Virus record (IMG/VR): IMGVR_UViG_3300015244_002130
Span: 5,250 to 69,249 of that record
Direction: 5' to 3' (one strand)
Source of the DNA: a virus
Lineage: Duplodnaviria > Caudoviricetes
Length of the DNA: 64,000 nucleotides
The position numbers were made by a program, and so were the translations under genes. The notes below the pieces were generated by a model. That model searched no databases, was not told where the DNA came from, and saw nothing but the letters and a program-made list of their open reading frames with translations. Shown here in pieces: positions 9,045 through 19,600 of this stretch; the first letter of the stretch is position 1, and every line of letters starts with the position of its first letter.

Positions 9045-10178
9045 ATGCCTCGCACTCAAATGACCGACGATCAAATCCTTAACGATCTTAAAAACACCTT
9101 TGGTACTGAGTTTATTGCTGCCGATGTTCGTGGGTATTGTGCTTCTAAAAATGTTTCGTATCAAACTGTAACGAAGCGTCTTGAACCATTTAAAGTTGGT
9201 CGTGGAAAGTGGAATCTTGAAGTCACTCAACAAAAAGTTGAAGAAATCGAACGTACTTTTCAAGCTCCTGCTGTGATTCCTCCTGTAGAACAAACACTCA
9301 TTCCTGAAAAAGATGATACCTTTGTCAAGTTTGGTAACTTTAATGATATTAAAAAGATTATTCAGTCCCGTCTTTTTTATCCTACGTTTATCACGGGTCT
9401 TTCGGGTAATGGTAAAACGTTCAGTGTTGAGCAAGCTTGTGCTCAGTTGGGTCGTGAACTGATTCGTGTCAACATTACTATTGAGACTGACGAGGATGAT
9501 CTAATCGGCGGTTTTCGTCTTGTGAATGGTGAAACTGCTTGGCATAACGGTCCAGTTATTGAATCCCTTGAGCGTGGTGCAATTTTGCTGTTGGATGAAA
9601 TTGACCTTGCTTCTAACAAGATTCTGTGTCTGCAATCTGTTTTGGAAGGTAAAGGTGTCTTCCTAAAGAAGATCGGTCGTTTTGTAAAACCTGCTGCTGG
9701 TTTTAACGTTATTGCTACTGCAAACACCAAAGGTAAGGGTTCGGACGACGGTCGTTTTATTGGCACCAATGTGCTCAACGAAGCATTCCTTGAAAGGTTT
9801 CCCGTAACCTTTGAACAATCCTATCCTGCTCCTTCTGTTGAACAAAAAATTCTTGAAGGTATTGCTCTGGATCTTGGTGTGGAAGACCGTGACTTCTGCA
9901 AGCGGTTGGTTGATTGGGCAGATATCATCCGCAAAACCTTCTACGATGGTGGTATTGAGGAAATCATCAGCACCCGTCGTCTGGTCCATATCATCCGTGC
10001 ATACAGCATCTTTCAAGATAAGGCAAAGGCAATCCAAGTGTGTGTGAACCGTTTTGATGAAGAAACCAAGCAAGCATTTCTTGAACTCTATGATAAAGTA
10101 GATGCTGACTTCCAAATGCCCACAGATTCCACAGAAGCAAAAGTTGCAGAAGCATTTGCATCTGACGAAGTATTCTGA
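9045..10178 (+). CDS. cobS: CobS-like MoxR-family AAA+ ATPase
   Basis: GLSGNGKT Walker A, LLLDEID Walker B, NVIATAN, AFLERF; N-terminal extension. Confidence 0.9.
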   Translation: MPRTQMTDDQILNDLKNTFGTEFIAADVRGYCASKNVSYQTVTKRLEPFKVGRGKWNLEVTQQKVEEIERTFQAPAVIPPVEQTLIPEKDDTFVKFGNFNDIKKIIQSRLFYPTFITGLSGNGKTFSVEQACAQLGRELIRVNITIETDEDDLIGGFRLVNGETAWHNGPVIESLERGAILLLDEIDLASNKILCLQSVLEGKGVFLKKIGRFVKPAAGFNVIATANTKGKGSDDGRFIGTNVLNEAFLERFPVTFEQSYPAPSVEQKILEGIALDLGVEDRDFCKRLVDWADIIRKTFYDGGIEEIISTRRLVHIIRAYSIFQDKAKAIQVCVNRFDEETKQAFLELYDKVDADFQMPTDSTEAKVAEAFASDEVF

Positions 10179-10211
10179 TAGAATATACTGAGGTAAACGT
10201 GCCTCCTCTTT

Positions 10212-10736
10212 TTGTTTTTTACTATGAAATCTATGTCCGAAAATTTTGAAAGCACTTATGAAAGTTCAACTCCCAATCAAGACTTTTGGGAAAATGATGG
10301 TATTAGTTTGACTGGAAATCCTTATTATCCGTCAGACAGTATTGTTTTTACAGGTTCTCATCTTCCTGGTGGTCTTGGGGAAGATCATATTTCATTTAAT
10401 ACTTCTCCTACCTTTAGTGTTAAGATATCAGATAATAACTTTTGGAAATTTGGTGAAAATAAAACACTAAAGGCAGTCGAAGACTATATTAAGAGTACTT
10501 ATAATTCTCATTACGCATCGGAGAATTCAAAAGTTCAAGTTCTTGATATTATTGATGCAATTGGTGATGGTGTTCCTTTTTGTCGAGATAATCTCATCAA
10601 ATATTCTTCTCGTTTTGGTAAAAAAGATGGAATGTCTAAACTTGATGCATTGAAGATTATTCATTACGGCATTCTTCTTTATAACTTTGCTGGATTTAAT
10701 AATGAAACTGCGAAATCAAACTATGAAACTTTCTGA
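10212..10736 (+). CDS. DUF3310-like protein (putative nucleotide-kinase-like)
   Basis: C-terminal SHY...QVLDII...FCRDNLIKYSSRFGKK...DALKIIHY pattern. Confidence 0.6.
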   Translation: MFFTMKSMSENFESTYESSTPNQDFWENDGISLTGNPYYPSDSIVFTGSHLPGGLGEDHISFNTSPTFSVKISDNNFWKFGENKTLKAVEDYIKSTYNSHYASENSKVQVLDIIDAIGDGVPFCRDNLIKYSSRFGKKDGMSKLDALKIIHYGILLYNFAGFNNETAKSNYETF

Positions 10737-11388
10737 TAAGACTCTCTCTGTTCTAAAAAACTTTTCTTCAATCAATCAATCCATTCTTTTTAAGCAGGGA
10801 AATAAACTTCGCACAATCAGTGTGATGAAGAATATTCTTGCAGAGGCAACCATTTCAGAAGAGTTTTCTACTGATTTTGGTATCTATGATTTGAATCAGT
10901 TTCTCAATGGGTTGAATTTACATAAAACTCCAGAACTAGATTTTAGTAATGCTGGATATGTGGTTATCAAAGAAGGAAAGTCTCGTTCTAAGTACTTCTT
11001 TGCTGATCCCAATGTAATCATTACCCCTCCAGATAAAGCAATTAATCTTCCTAGTGAAGATGTTTGTTTTGAGTTAAGCACTGAGCAACTTGACAAACTT
11101 TTGAAAGCTGCTGCAGTCTATCAACTTCCAGATATTTCTGCTGTTGGTGAAGCAGGTGTTGTGAAACTGGTTGTTCGTGACAAAAAGAATGACACTTCAA
11201 ATGATTTTTCAATTGTCGTTGGTGAAACAAATTCTGAGTTTGTTTTCAACTTCAAAGTAGAGAATATTAAGATTCTTCCTGGAACTTATGAAGTAGTTGT
11301 GTCACAAAAACTTTTATCACGATTTACTTCTAAGAACCACGATCTCTGCTATTATATTGCTCTGGAACCTGATTCTACATTTGGATGA
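10723..11388 (+). CDS. 45: DNA polymerase sliding clamp gp45
   Basis: MKLSDKTLSVLKNFSSINQSI, FGIYDLNQFL, YYIALE. Confidence 0.95.
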   Translation: MKLSDKTLSVLKNFSSINQSILFKQGNKLRTISVMKNILAEATISEEFSTDFGIYDLNQFLNGLNLHKTPELDFSNAGYVVIKEGKSRSKYFFADPNVIITPPDKAINLPSEDVCFELSTEQLDKLLKAAAVYQLPDISAVGEAGVVKLVVRDKKNDTSNDFSIVVGETNSEFVFNFKVENIKILPGTYEVVVSQKLLSRFTSKNHDLCYYIALEPDSTFG

Positions 11389-11894
11389 ATATTTTTGTTA
11401 CAAACCAATTTCCTGCTGAAAGTGCTATTTGTCTTCCCGACAAACACATAGTTAAAATGCCACTTGAGTGTTGCCAGATGTTATCCATCGTGGCATCCAA
11501 GTGGTATCACAATTATGGTCCAGTTCATAAAGCAGATGGCAATCCCTACGCAACTGAAAAAGGTGCTTTTCGTAATCACCCTTGTACTCAGTGGGCAGCA
11601 AAAACAATTGATAATGCTTATTGGTTAATCAAATGGGGAATGAATCTCTGTGACGAATATTCTATTCGTTATGGTAAGACTCATTCGTGCTATAATACTC
11701 TTTTGGAGGCATACTATTTGTTTCCAAAAGGAAAATTAACAAATGTAACTCCATTTGCTCGTGCTATGCCCGATGAATGGAAATATGATAATACTATTGA
11801 TACATTTGAGGCATACAAAAGATATATTGCATCTAAATCCTGGGTTGCATCCAATTATCTTCGTATGCCCGAACGCAAACCATCTTGGGTCTAA
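11385..11894 (+). CDS. Pyrimidine-dimer DNA glycosylase (DenV)-like protein
   Basis: MNIF..., DKHIVKMPLECCQML, NHPCTQW, YGKTH motifs. Confidence 0.65.
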   Translation: MNIFVTNQFPAESAICLPDKHIVKMPLECCQMLSIVASKWYHNYGPVHKADGNPYATEKGAFRNHPCTQWAAKTIDNAYWLIKWGMNLCDEYSIRYGKTHSCYNTLLEAYYLFPKGKLTNVTPFARAMPDEWKYDNTIDTFEAYKRYIASKSWVASNYLRMPERKPSWV

Positions 11895-11897
11895 ATT

Positions 11898-12842
11898 ATG
11901 GCAAGTGATTTTCTTTTTGTGGAAAAATATCGTCCTCAAGTGATTGATGACTGCATTCTTCCTGATGAAACTAAAAAAACATTTAAGGAGTTCGTTGAGA
12001 AAGGAGAGATTCCAAATCTTCTTCTTGCTGGACCTCCTGGCATTGGTAAAACAACCATTGCAAAGGCATTATGTAATGAGTTAGGAGCAGATTTTTATGT
12101 CATTAATGGATCCGACGAAGGACGTTTCTTGGATACTGTACGGAACCAGGCAAAAAACTTTGCTTCGACCGTTTCACTTACGGGATCTTCTAAACACAAA
12201 GTCATCATCATCGATGAGGCTGATAACACAGGAAACGACGTTCAACTCCTTCTACGGGCAAATATTGAGGCATTTTATAACAACTGCCGATTCATCTTCA
12301 CCTGTAACTACAAAAACAAAATCATTGAACCCCTTCATTCTCGATGTGCAGTCATTGACTTTACTATCAAAGGAAAGCAAAAAGCACAACTTGCAGGATC
12401 ATTTTTCAAGAGACTCCAAACGATTTTGGATCAGGAAAAGATTGAGTATGATCCAAAAGTTCTTGCGGAGTTGGTATCGAAACACTTCCCAGACTTCCGT
12501 AGAGTCCTCAATGAGTGTCAAAGATATTCTGCGGGAGGAAAAATTGACTCGGGAATTCTTGCATCTTTCTCAGACATCTCTGTAAATGAACTTCTTAAGA
12601 ATCTTAAGGAAAAGAACTTCACTGAAGTACGTAAATGGGTTGTATCCAATCTTGATAATGACAGTGGTGTTATTCTTCGTAGGGTTTATGATGCACTTTA
12701 CGACTCAGTTGTTCCAGGTTCTATTCCTGCTGCTGTTCTTATTATTGCTAAGTATCAATATCAGATTGCCTTTGTTGCGGATCAAGAAATTAATCTTTTG
12801 GCGGCATTGACTGAAATTATGTGTGAGGTTGAGTTTAAATGA
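11898..12842 (+). CDS. 44: Clamp loader large subunit gp44
   Basis: VEKYRP, GPPGIGKT, IIIDEAD, SRC RFC motifs. Confidence 0.95.
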   Translation: MASDFLFVEKYRPQVIDDCILPDETKKTFKEFVEKGEIPNLLLAGPPGIGKTTIAKALCNELGADFYVINGSDEGRFLDTVRNQAKNFASTVSLTGSSKHKVIIIDEADNTGNDVQLLLRANIEAFYNNCRFIFTCNYKNKIIEPLHSRCAVIDFTIKGKQKAQLAGSFFKRLQTILDQEKIEYDPKVLAELVSKHFPDFRRVLNECQRYSAGGKIDSGILASFSDISVNELLKNLKEKNFTEVRKWVVSNLDNDSGVILRRVYDALYDSVVPGSIPAAVLIIAKYQYQIAFVADQEINLLAALTEIMCEVEFK

Positions 12843-13726
12843 GTATAAAAACTTTCCCGTTGAAAACTTGTCTTCGTTATCCTGGGGGCAAATCCAAAGC
12901 AACTAAAACCCTTGCTCCCTGGTATCCTGAAGATTTTAAGGAATATCGAGAACCTTTCATTGGAGGTGGATCCGTTGCCTTCTATACAACTCAAGCATAT
13001 CCAGATGTACCAATTTGGATTAATGATTTGTATATTCCTCTTTATAATTTTTGGGTTCAACTTCGTGATAATGGTGAAGAACTTTCAGAGATTTTGAAAG
13101 AAATTAAAACTAAAGTTTCTGACTTTGGAACTCAGGATGAAAAAGATGCGGCACATAAAGAACTCTTCAATCAAACTAAAGTTGACATCAATGTCCAAGA
13201 TGGTTTAGATAGGGCAGCAAGTTTTTTTATCTTAAACAAATGTAGTTTTTCTGGACTGACTGAAAACAGTACGTTTTCTCCAACTGCATCTCGTTCTAAC
13301 TTTTCTTTTATTGGTATTGAGAAACTAAAACAATATTCAAAACTTATGAAAGATTGGAAGATTACAAATATTGATTATTCTGAGGTTATGAATGCTTCTG
13401 GAAAAGATGTTTTTGTGTTTTTAGATCCACCTTATGACATTAAAGATTTTCTCTATGGAAAAAATAGGGAGATGCACAAATCATTCGATCACGAACTTTT
13501 TGCTCAAAATGTTTATAAGTGTCCTCATAAGTTTATGATTACTTATAATGTAAATGATAGACTTTTGGAACTATATAAAGACTATCATCTACGTGAATGG
13601 AAGTTGAGATATTCAATGGCACACAGGGGAGAAAGGGGAACTGATGAAAATGTAAAAACAGAACTTTTAGTTACGAATTATCCCACAGAAAAAACTAATC
13701 CTTTGGAGATTGCTCTTTATGTCTGA
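12839..13726 (+). CDS. dam: Dam-like DNA adenine methyltransferase
   Basis: LRYPGGKSK, EPFIGGGSV (motif I), FLDPPY (motif IV). Confidence 0.88.
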   Translation: MSIKTFPLKTCLRYPGGKSKATKTLAPWYPEDFKEYREPFIGGGSVAFYTTQAYPDVPIWINDLYIPLYNFWVQLRDNGEELSEILKEIKTKVSDFGTQDEKDAAHKELFNQTKVDINVQDGLDRAASFFILNKCSFSGLTENSTFSPTASRSNFSFIGIEKLKQYSKLMKDWKITNIDYSEVMNASGKDVFVFLDPPYDIKDFLYGKNREMHKSFDHELFAQNVYKCPHKFMITYNVNDRLLELYKDYHLREWKLRYSMAHRGERGTDENVKTELLVTNYPTEKTNPLEIALYV

Positions 13727-14090
13727 ACTCAAGGATTGGTTAAATTCAATTAACTTTACAAAAGAAGATCTCTCAGAAAATATTAAAGATTATTCTCCAT
13801 ATATTATCAATCGTTGTTTGTCTGGTCATATTGATTGCCTAATGTATGCAAATGAGATGAATATTGCGCATTATCTTGATAAAGATATGCAATATTCATT
13901 TTATCTAAATAGTCTAAGGAAAAAGAAGAGATTTTCTCCCTGGCTCCGAAAGGATAAAGTCACAGACTTAGAATGTATAAAACAATACTATGGATATAGT
14001 AATGAAAAAGCATCACAAGCTCTGAAAATCCTGACAAAAGAACAAATCAACTTTATTAAACAACGACTTGACATTGGAGGATCAAAATGA
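13719..14090 (+). CDS. 62: Clamp loader small subunit gp62
   Basis: YSPYIINRCLS...YANEMN...YYGYSNEKA. Confidence 0.92.
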   Translation: MSELKDWLNSINFTKEDLSENIKDYSPYIINRCLSGHIDCLMYANEMNIAHYLDKDMQYSFYLNSLRKKKRFSPWLRKDKVTDLECIKQYYGYSNEKASQALKILTKEQINFIKQRLDIGGSK

Positions 14091-14524
14091 CTACTACGGT
14101 AGAACCTACTGTTAATTGGTCTCAAGACCAAATGGTGGAGGTAATTCTTAATGAACCTGATGACTTTCTGAAAGTCCGTGAGACTTTAACCCGCATCGGA
14201 GTTGCATCAAGAAAGGAGAAAAAACTTTATCAATCTTGTCATATTCTTCACAAGCAAGGTAGATATTATATTGTCCACTTTAAAGAATTGTTTGCTTTAG
14301 ATGGTAAACACGCAAACCTTACTGTAAATGATGTTCAAAGACGTAATCGTATTGTTCGTCTTCTTGCTGATTGGGGATTGATTACTGTTGTTAAAGAAGA
14401 TAGTGTTACTGATATTGCCCCTCTAAATCAAATCAAAGTTCTTGCTTATAAAGATAAGGGAGATTGGATTTTGGAGCAAAAGTATAATATCGGCAAGAAA
14501 GGTAAAGGGCAAGAAACCGAATAA
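14087..14524 (+). CDS. regA: Translational repressor RegA
   Basis: DDFLKVRETLTRIG...LYQSCHILHKQGRYYIVHFKELFALDG. Confidence 0.96.
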   Translation: MTTTVEPTVNWSQDQMVEVILNEPDDFLKVRETLTRIGVASRKEKKLYQSCHILHKQGRYYIVHFKELFALDGKHANLTVNDVQRRNRIVRLLADWGLITVVKEDSVTDIAPLNQIKVLAYKDKGDWILEQKYNIGKKGKGQETE

Positions 14525-14631
14525 AAAAGTGCGGGAAATAACATCCCGATTTTTTTATGATCTTGTATAATTAATAGTGGATGCCGTAAGGGTCCACACA
14601 ACACAAACTCGCTTTTAAAGGAGCTACCATA

Positions 14632-15072
14632 ATGACTAACCTTGTCCCATCACGATTTACTGCGTCGGATCTTCCTGCCCTGATGGATAGGATCACACGC
14701 AACAGCATTGGAATGGATGAATATTTTGATCGTATTTTTAGTCTTCACGAAACTTCAACAAACTATCCACCTTATAATCTTGTTCAAGTTAGTAATGTAG
14801 AATCACGACTTGAACTTGCACTTGCTGGATTTAAAAAAAAGGAAGTCTATGTCTACACTCAAGATGGTAAACTCTTCGTTGAAGGTCAGAAGGAAGATAA
14901 AGAAACGCAATCAAACTATCTCCACAAGGGTCTGGCTCAACGGTCATTTACACGTTCCTGGACGCTCTCTGATGATACGGAAGTTAGATCAGTTGATTTT
15001 GAGGATGGTCTTTTGACTATTACTCTTGGTAGAATTGTTCCTGATCACCATAAACGAAAAGATTATCTCTAA
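14632..15072 (+). CDS. hsp20: Small heat-shock protein Hsp20
   Basis: NYPPYNL, ELALAGF, YLHKGLAQRSF, FEDGLLTI; AAGGAG RBS. Confidence 0.93.
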   Translation: MTNLVPSRFTASDLPALMDRITRNSIGMDEYFDRIFSLHETSTNYPPYNLVQVSNVESRLELALAGFKKKEVYVYTQDGKLFVEGQKEDKETQSNYLHKGLAQRSFTRSWTLSDDTEVRSVDFEDGLLTITLGRIVPDHHKRKDYL

Positions 15073-15085
15073 ATAAAATAAAAAA

Positions 15086-15235
15086 ATGAAAACTTTTCTC
15101 CAGTATCTTGAAGAATTAAAAGTAATTGGATATAAGATGGCAAAACCTCATTTGGGGTTACCTAAAGGAAAAGCATATGCGAAGAGATCGTCTTCAAGTG
15201 CTGGTGGAAGTGGTGGTAATGGAAATGGGGACTAA
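15086..15235 (+). CDS. 49-aa protein with an internal-protein-like N-terminus (not in the ORF track)
   Basis: MKTFLQYLEELKVIGYKMAKPHLGLPKGKAYAKRSSSSAGGSGGNGNGD; CTAAATA at about 15069. Confidence 0.6.
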   Translation: MKTFLQYLEELKVIGYKMAKPHLGLPKGKAYAKRSSSSAGGSGGNGNGD

Positions 15236-15289
15236 ATATAATTGAATATCGTCGGCGCTATGCCACGGGAGGTAACTGGCAAAATCCAG

Positions 15290-15318
15290 TTGACACCTCC
15301 CATTTTTATTGCTAAAAT
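15290..15318 (+). promoter_or_regulatory. sigma70-type promoter upstream of the gene 43 operon
   Basis: TTGACA-N17-TAAAAT; the -35 lies in the 3' arm of a hairpin (aactgg-caaaat-ccagtt). Confidence 0.65.
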
Positions 15319-15339
15319 GATTAAAGGTATGGAGTAAAG

Positions 15340-15723
15340 ATGACAATTAAACTTTTACTTTTAAAGTCAGGGGAAGATATTATTTCTGACATTAAAGAAA
15401 TGGTTATTGGTGAAGATGAAGACCGTAGAGTGGTTGGATATTTTCTTAACAAACCGTGCTTAGTTAAGATGAGAGATCCAAGTCTTCTTGTCGAAGAAAG
15501 CACTGAAGAACAAAAGAAAGCAGCATATCAAGTTTCTCTCTATCCTTGGATGCCTCTCTCTAAAGACTCAGTTATTCCAGTTGCTGCTGATTGGGTAGTA
15601 ACAATTGTAGAGCCTATTGTTAAACTTTCTGAAATGTACGTGGAGGACGTGTTATCTCGTGGAACAGAAAACGATCAAAATTCTAGCACTGCTGAACAAT
15701 CAAATTCTGATAACTCAGATTGA
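15340..15723 (+). CDS. Hypothetical protein (Sm-like fold possible)
   Basis: GGAG RBS; MTIKLLLLKSGEDII pattern. Confidence 0.75.
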   Translation: MTIKLLLLKSGEDIISDIKEMVIGEDEDRRVVGYFLNKPCLVKMRDPSLLVEESTEEQKKAAYQVSLYPWMPLSKDSVIPVAADWVVTIVEPIVKLSEMYVEDVLSRGTENDQNSSTAEQSNSDNSD

Positions 15724-15934
15724 AGAAGTTGGTGCTGATATTGGAGAACCCGATTGTAAACTTATTAATCCATTTGTGATAAAAAAGGAAAATGGATATG
15801 ACCCAATATTAGAACCATTTCTTTGTGGTTATACAAAACAAAATACATTTATGATGAGTTCGGATAAGATTCTTACTCTTGCAGATCCGACACCAACCCT
15901 TCTTGAAAAATATGAGGATTTGATTAAAGAATGA
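15659..15934 (+). CDS. Hypothetical protein
   Basis: Likely GTG start after GGAGG; IKILAL...EPDCKLINPF; coupled to gene 43. Confidence 0.65.
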   Translation: MEQKTIKILALLNNQILITQIEEVGADIGEPDCKLINPFVIKKENGYDPILEPFLCGYTKQNTFMMSSDKILTLADPTPTLLEKYEDLIKE

Positions 15935-18432
15935 CACAAAGCTTTTATACTAATGTTCAATTGATTGGAAATCAATTTTTGGTTCGTGGAGTAGAGAATG
16001 GTAAAAGATTTGAAACGAGAGATGAGTTTTTTCCTACTCTCTTTGTAAAAACTAAAAGGGATTCTAAGTATAGAACATTAAGTGGTGAAGCAGTAGAACC
16101 AATTAATCCCGGAACTGTAAGGGATTGTCGTGAGTTTTATAAAAAATATGATGAAGTTGATGGATTTGAAATCTATGGAAATGATCGTTACATCTATCAA
16201 TATATTTCAGAAAAATATCCAGAAGATGAAATCAAGTTTGATATCAGTAAAATCAAACTCGTAACTTTGGACATTGAGGTTGCTTCTGAGCAAGGATTCC
16301 CCGATGTTGAATCTTGTTCAGAAGAAATTCTTGCAATCACTATTCAGGATTATGCAACTAAAAAAATCATCACTTGGGGGTCTAAACCTTTTAAAAACAC
16401 CCGCAGTGATGTAACATATCACCACTGTCCAAGTGAATATGAACTTTTAAACAACTTCATTCATTACTGGATGGTAGATGTTCCAGATGTAATTACTGGA
16501 TGGAATATTCAGTTTTATGATATTCCTTATATCTGCAAAAGACTAAATCGTGTTCTTGGTGAAAAACTAATGAAACGAATGTCTAATTGGGGACTTGTGA
16601 CTGAAGGTGAAGTTTTCATTAATGGAAGAAAACATACTACCTTTGATGTGGGTGGGTTGACTCAACTTGATTATCTTGATCTCTATAAGAAGTTTACTTA
16701 TAAAGCACAGGAATCATATCGTCTTGACTACATTGCTGAAGTTGAACTTGGGCAAAAGAAACTGGATCACTCTGAGTTTGATACCTTTAAAGATTTCTAC
16801 ACTCAGGGTTGGCAAAAGTTTATTGAATATAACATCGTTGACGTAGAACTTGTTGACCGTTTGGAAGACAAGATGAAATTGATTGAACTTGCTTTGACGA
16901 TGGCATATGACGCAAAAGTCAACTATGCTGATGTGTTTTATCAAGTTCGTATGTGGGATAATATTATTTACAACTATCTCAAGAAAAGAGATATTGTAAT
17001 CCCACCAAAAAATAAATCTCAAAAGAATGAGAAGTATGCTGGTGCTTATGTAAAAGAACCCAAACCAGGTAAGTATGATTGGGTTGTTAACTTTGACTTA
17101 AACTCACTGTATCCTCACTTGATTATGGAGTTTAATATCAGTCCAGAAACTCTTGTTGATGAAAGACATCCAACGATTACTGTAGATAAGATTCTCAATC
17201 AAGAACTTACTTTTGAGATGTACAAGGACTATGCTGTCTGTGCAAATGGTGCAATGTTCCGTAAAGATGTTCGTGGATTTCTTCCCGAACTAATGGAAAA
17301 AATGTATCAGGATCGTGTCATCTTTAAAAATAAGATGATCGAAGCAAAGAAACAATACGAAAAGAAAAAGACGAAGGAACTTGAAAAGGAAATTGCTAGA
17401 TGTAATAATATTCAAATGGCAAAAAAGATTTCTTTGAACTCTGCTTATGGTGCGATTGGTAATCAGTATTTTCGTTATTATAAACTTGAAAATGCTGAAG
17501 CAATCACCTTAAGTGGGCAAGTCGCAATTCGTTGGATTGAAAGTAAGATGAATGCTTACTTGAATAAACTTCTTAAAACAGATGATGTTGATTATGTTAT
17601 TGCTTCAGATACTGACTCCATTTATCTTAATATGGGCCCTCTGGTTGAAACTGTATACAAGGGAAGAGAGAAAACTACTCAGGGCATTGTTTCGTTCCTT
17701 GATAAGATCTGTAAAGTGGAACTTGAAAAGTATATTGAAGGTTGCTACCAAGAATTGGCTTCGTATGTAAATGCTTATGACCAAAAGATGCAGATGAAAC
17801 GAGAGAATATTGCTGATCGTGGAATCTGGACTGCCAAGAAACGATACATTCTGAATGTCTGGGATAGTGAAGGTGTTCGTTATGAAGAACCTAAACTCAA
17901 GATGATGGGCATAGAAGCAGTCAAATCGTCTACACCTGCACCTTGTCGCAAGATGATTAAGGATGCTCTTAAGTTGATGATGAGTGGAACTGAGGATGAA
18001 GTCATTGATTTCATTGAAAATTCACGAAAACAGTTTAAACAGCTTCCACCAGAACAGATTGCATTCCCAAGAACAGCATCTGATGTTCAAAAATATCAAT
18101 CATCTTCGTCAATTTATGCAAAGGGAACACCAGTTCATATTCGTGGAGCACTTTTATTCAATTATTATATAAAAGAGAAAAAACTTACCAACAAGTATTC
18201 ACTTATTAATAATGGTGAAAAGGTAAAGTTCATTTATTTAAAAAAACCAAATAGTATACACGAGAATATTATTTCCTTTATTCAGGAGTTTCCAAAAGAA
18301 CTTAATCTTGACAAATACATTGATTATGACTTACAATTTGAGAAAAGTTTTGTAGAACCACTCAGAGCAATTCTTGATGCGATTGGGTGGAGTGTAGAAA
18401 AAACTGTAAACCTTGATTCCTTTTTTACCTAA
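15931..18432 (+). CDS. 43: Family B DNA polymerase gp43
   Basis: Exonuclease LDIEV; DLNSLYP, KISLNSAYG, SDTDS polymerase motifs; uninterrupted. Confidence 0.97.
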   Translation: MTQSFYTNVQLIGNQFLVRGVENGKRFETRDEFFPTLFVKTKRDSKYRTLSGEAVEPINPGTVRDCREFYKKYDEVDGFEIYGNDRYIYQYISEKYPEDEIKFDISKIKLVTLDIEVASEQGFPDVESCSEEILAITIQDYATKKIITWGSKPFKNTRSDVTYHHCPSEYELLNNFIHYWMVDVPDVITGWNIQFYDIPYICKRLNRVLGEKLMKRMSNWGLVTEGEVFINGRKHTTFDVGGLTQLDYLDLYKKFTYKAQESYRLDYIAEVELGQKKLDHSEFDTFKDFYTQGWQKFIEYNIVDVELVDRLEDKMKLIELALTMAYDAKVNYADVFYQVRMWDNIIYNYLKKRDIVIPPKNKSQKNEKYAGAYVKEPKPGKYDWVVNFDLNSLYPHLIMEFNISPETLVDERHPTITVDKILNQELTFEMYKDYAVCANGAMFRKDVRGFLPELMEKMYQDRVIFKNKMIEAKKQYEKKKTKELEKEIARCNNIQMAKKISLNSAYGAIGNQYFRYYKLENAEAITLSGQVAIRWIESKMNAYLNKLLKTDDVDYVIASDTDSIYLNMGPLVETVYKGREKTTQGIVSFLDKICKVELEKYIEGCYQELASYVNAYDQKMQMKRENIADRGIWTAKKRYILNVWDSEGVRYEEPKLKMMGIEAVKSSTPAPCRKMIKDALKLMMSGTEDEVIDFIENSRKQFKQLPPEQIAFPRTASDVQKYQSSSSIYAKGTPVHIRGALLFNYYIKEKKLTNKYSLINNGEKVKFIYLKKPNSIHENIISFIQEFPKELNLDKYIDYDLQFEKSFVEPLRAILDAIGWSVEKTVNLDSFFT

Positions 18433-18596
18433 TGGATTTACCTATTAATGATGAAGAACTGAATACAATTATAAATGCAATGTCTCTTGGTGGAGATTCT
18501 GCATTATATCAAAAACTTAAACTTGTAAAAGAACTCAAAGAACAAGGTTTGCCTTATAAAAAAATACTTCGTGAAGAATACGGGATGGTGGTGTGA
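18432..18596 (+). CDS. 54-aa hypothetical protein (not in the ORF track)
   Basis: [10 protein letters not shown]...EEYGMVV fills the gap between 43 and uvsX with overlapping start/stop codons. Confidence 0.6.
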   Translation: MDLPINDEELNTIINAMSLGGDSALYQKLKLVKELKEQGLPYKKILREEYGMVV

Positions 18597-19600
18597 TGGA
18601 TTTTCTTAAAGATATTGTAAAAGAAATCGGTGATGACTTTACAAAGTTAGCATCCGATATTGATGAAACTGAGACTTATGTTGATACGGGTTCATACGTT
18701 TTTAATGCACTGGTTTCAGGTAGCATTTTTGGTGGTGTATCTGGGAATAAGATTACTGCTATTGCTGGAGAGTCTTCTACTGGAAAGACTTTTTTCTCTC
18801 TCGCTGTGGTTAAGAACTTTCTTGATACTCATCCCGATGGTTACTGTCTCTACTTTGACACTGAGGCTGCTATCACTAAATCACTTATAGAATCTCGTGG
18901 AATTGATACTACTCGTCTCGTTGTTGTTAATGTTGTTACTATAGAAGAGTTTCGTACAAAAGCACTCAAAGCAGTAGATATATATCTGAAGGCACCGGTA
19001 GAAGATCGCAAACCTTGTATGTTTGTGTTAGACTCTTTGGGTATGCTTTCTACAAGTAAAGAAATTAATGATGCACTGAATGAAAAAGAAGTTAGGGATA
19101 TGACTAAATCCCAACTTATTAAAGGTGCTTTCCGAATGCTCACACTCAAATTAGGTCAAGCAAATGTCCCGCTCATTGTCACAAATCATACATACGATGT
19201 CATCGGAGCTTACGTACCAACTAAAGAAATGGGAGGAGGTTCTGGACTCAAATACGCAGCAAGTACGATCATTTATCTCAGCAAAAAGAAAGAAAAGGAT
19301 GGAACGGAAGTGGTCGGAAATATTATCAAGGCTAAGACTGCTAAATCGCGTTTAAGTAAGGAGAATAAAGATGTTGAGATCCGTTTGTATTATGATGAGC
19401 GCGGTCTTGATCGTTACTATGGTCTTCTGGAACTTGGTGAACTTGGTGGACTCTGGAAGAATGTAGCAGGACGTTATGAGATGGATGGTAAGAAGATTTA
19501 TGCCAAACAAATTCTTGCAAACCCAGAAGAATATTTCACTGATGAAGTGATGCAAAAACTTGATGCGATTGCAAAGGAGGAGTTCAGTTACGGCAAATGA
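18596..19600 (+). CDS. uvsX: RecA-like recombinase UvsX
   Basis: [35 protein letters not shown]. Confidence 0.95.
   Translation: MDFLKDIVKEIGDDFTKLASDIDETETYVDTGSYVFNALVSGSIFGGVSGNKITAIAGESSTGKTFFSLAVVKNFLDTHPDGYCLYFDTEAAITKSLIESRGIDTTRLVVVNVVTIEEFRTKALKAVDIYLKAPVEDRKPCMFVLDSLGMLSTSKEINDALNEKEVRDMTKSQLIKGAFRMLTLKLGQANVPLIVTNHTYDVIGAYVPTKEMGGGSGLKYAASTIIYLSKKKEKDGTEVVGNIIKAKTAKSRLSKENKDVEIRLYYDERGLDRYYGLLELGELGGLWKNVAGRYEMDGKKIYAKQILANPEEYFTDEVMQKLDAIAKEEFSYGK

Noticed and set aside
6071-10178. Cobalamin biosynthesis (cobaltochelatase CobST)
   Set aside because: No CobN or other cob genes in the window; the zincin domain and general MoxR/vWA biology fit better
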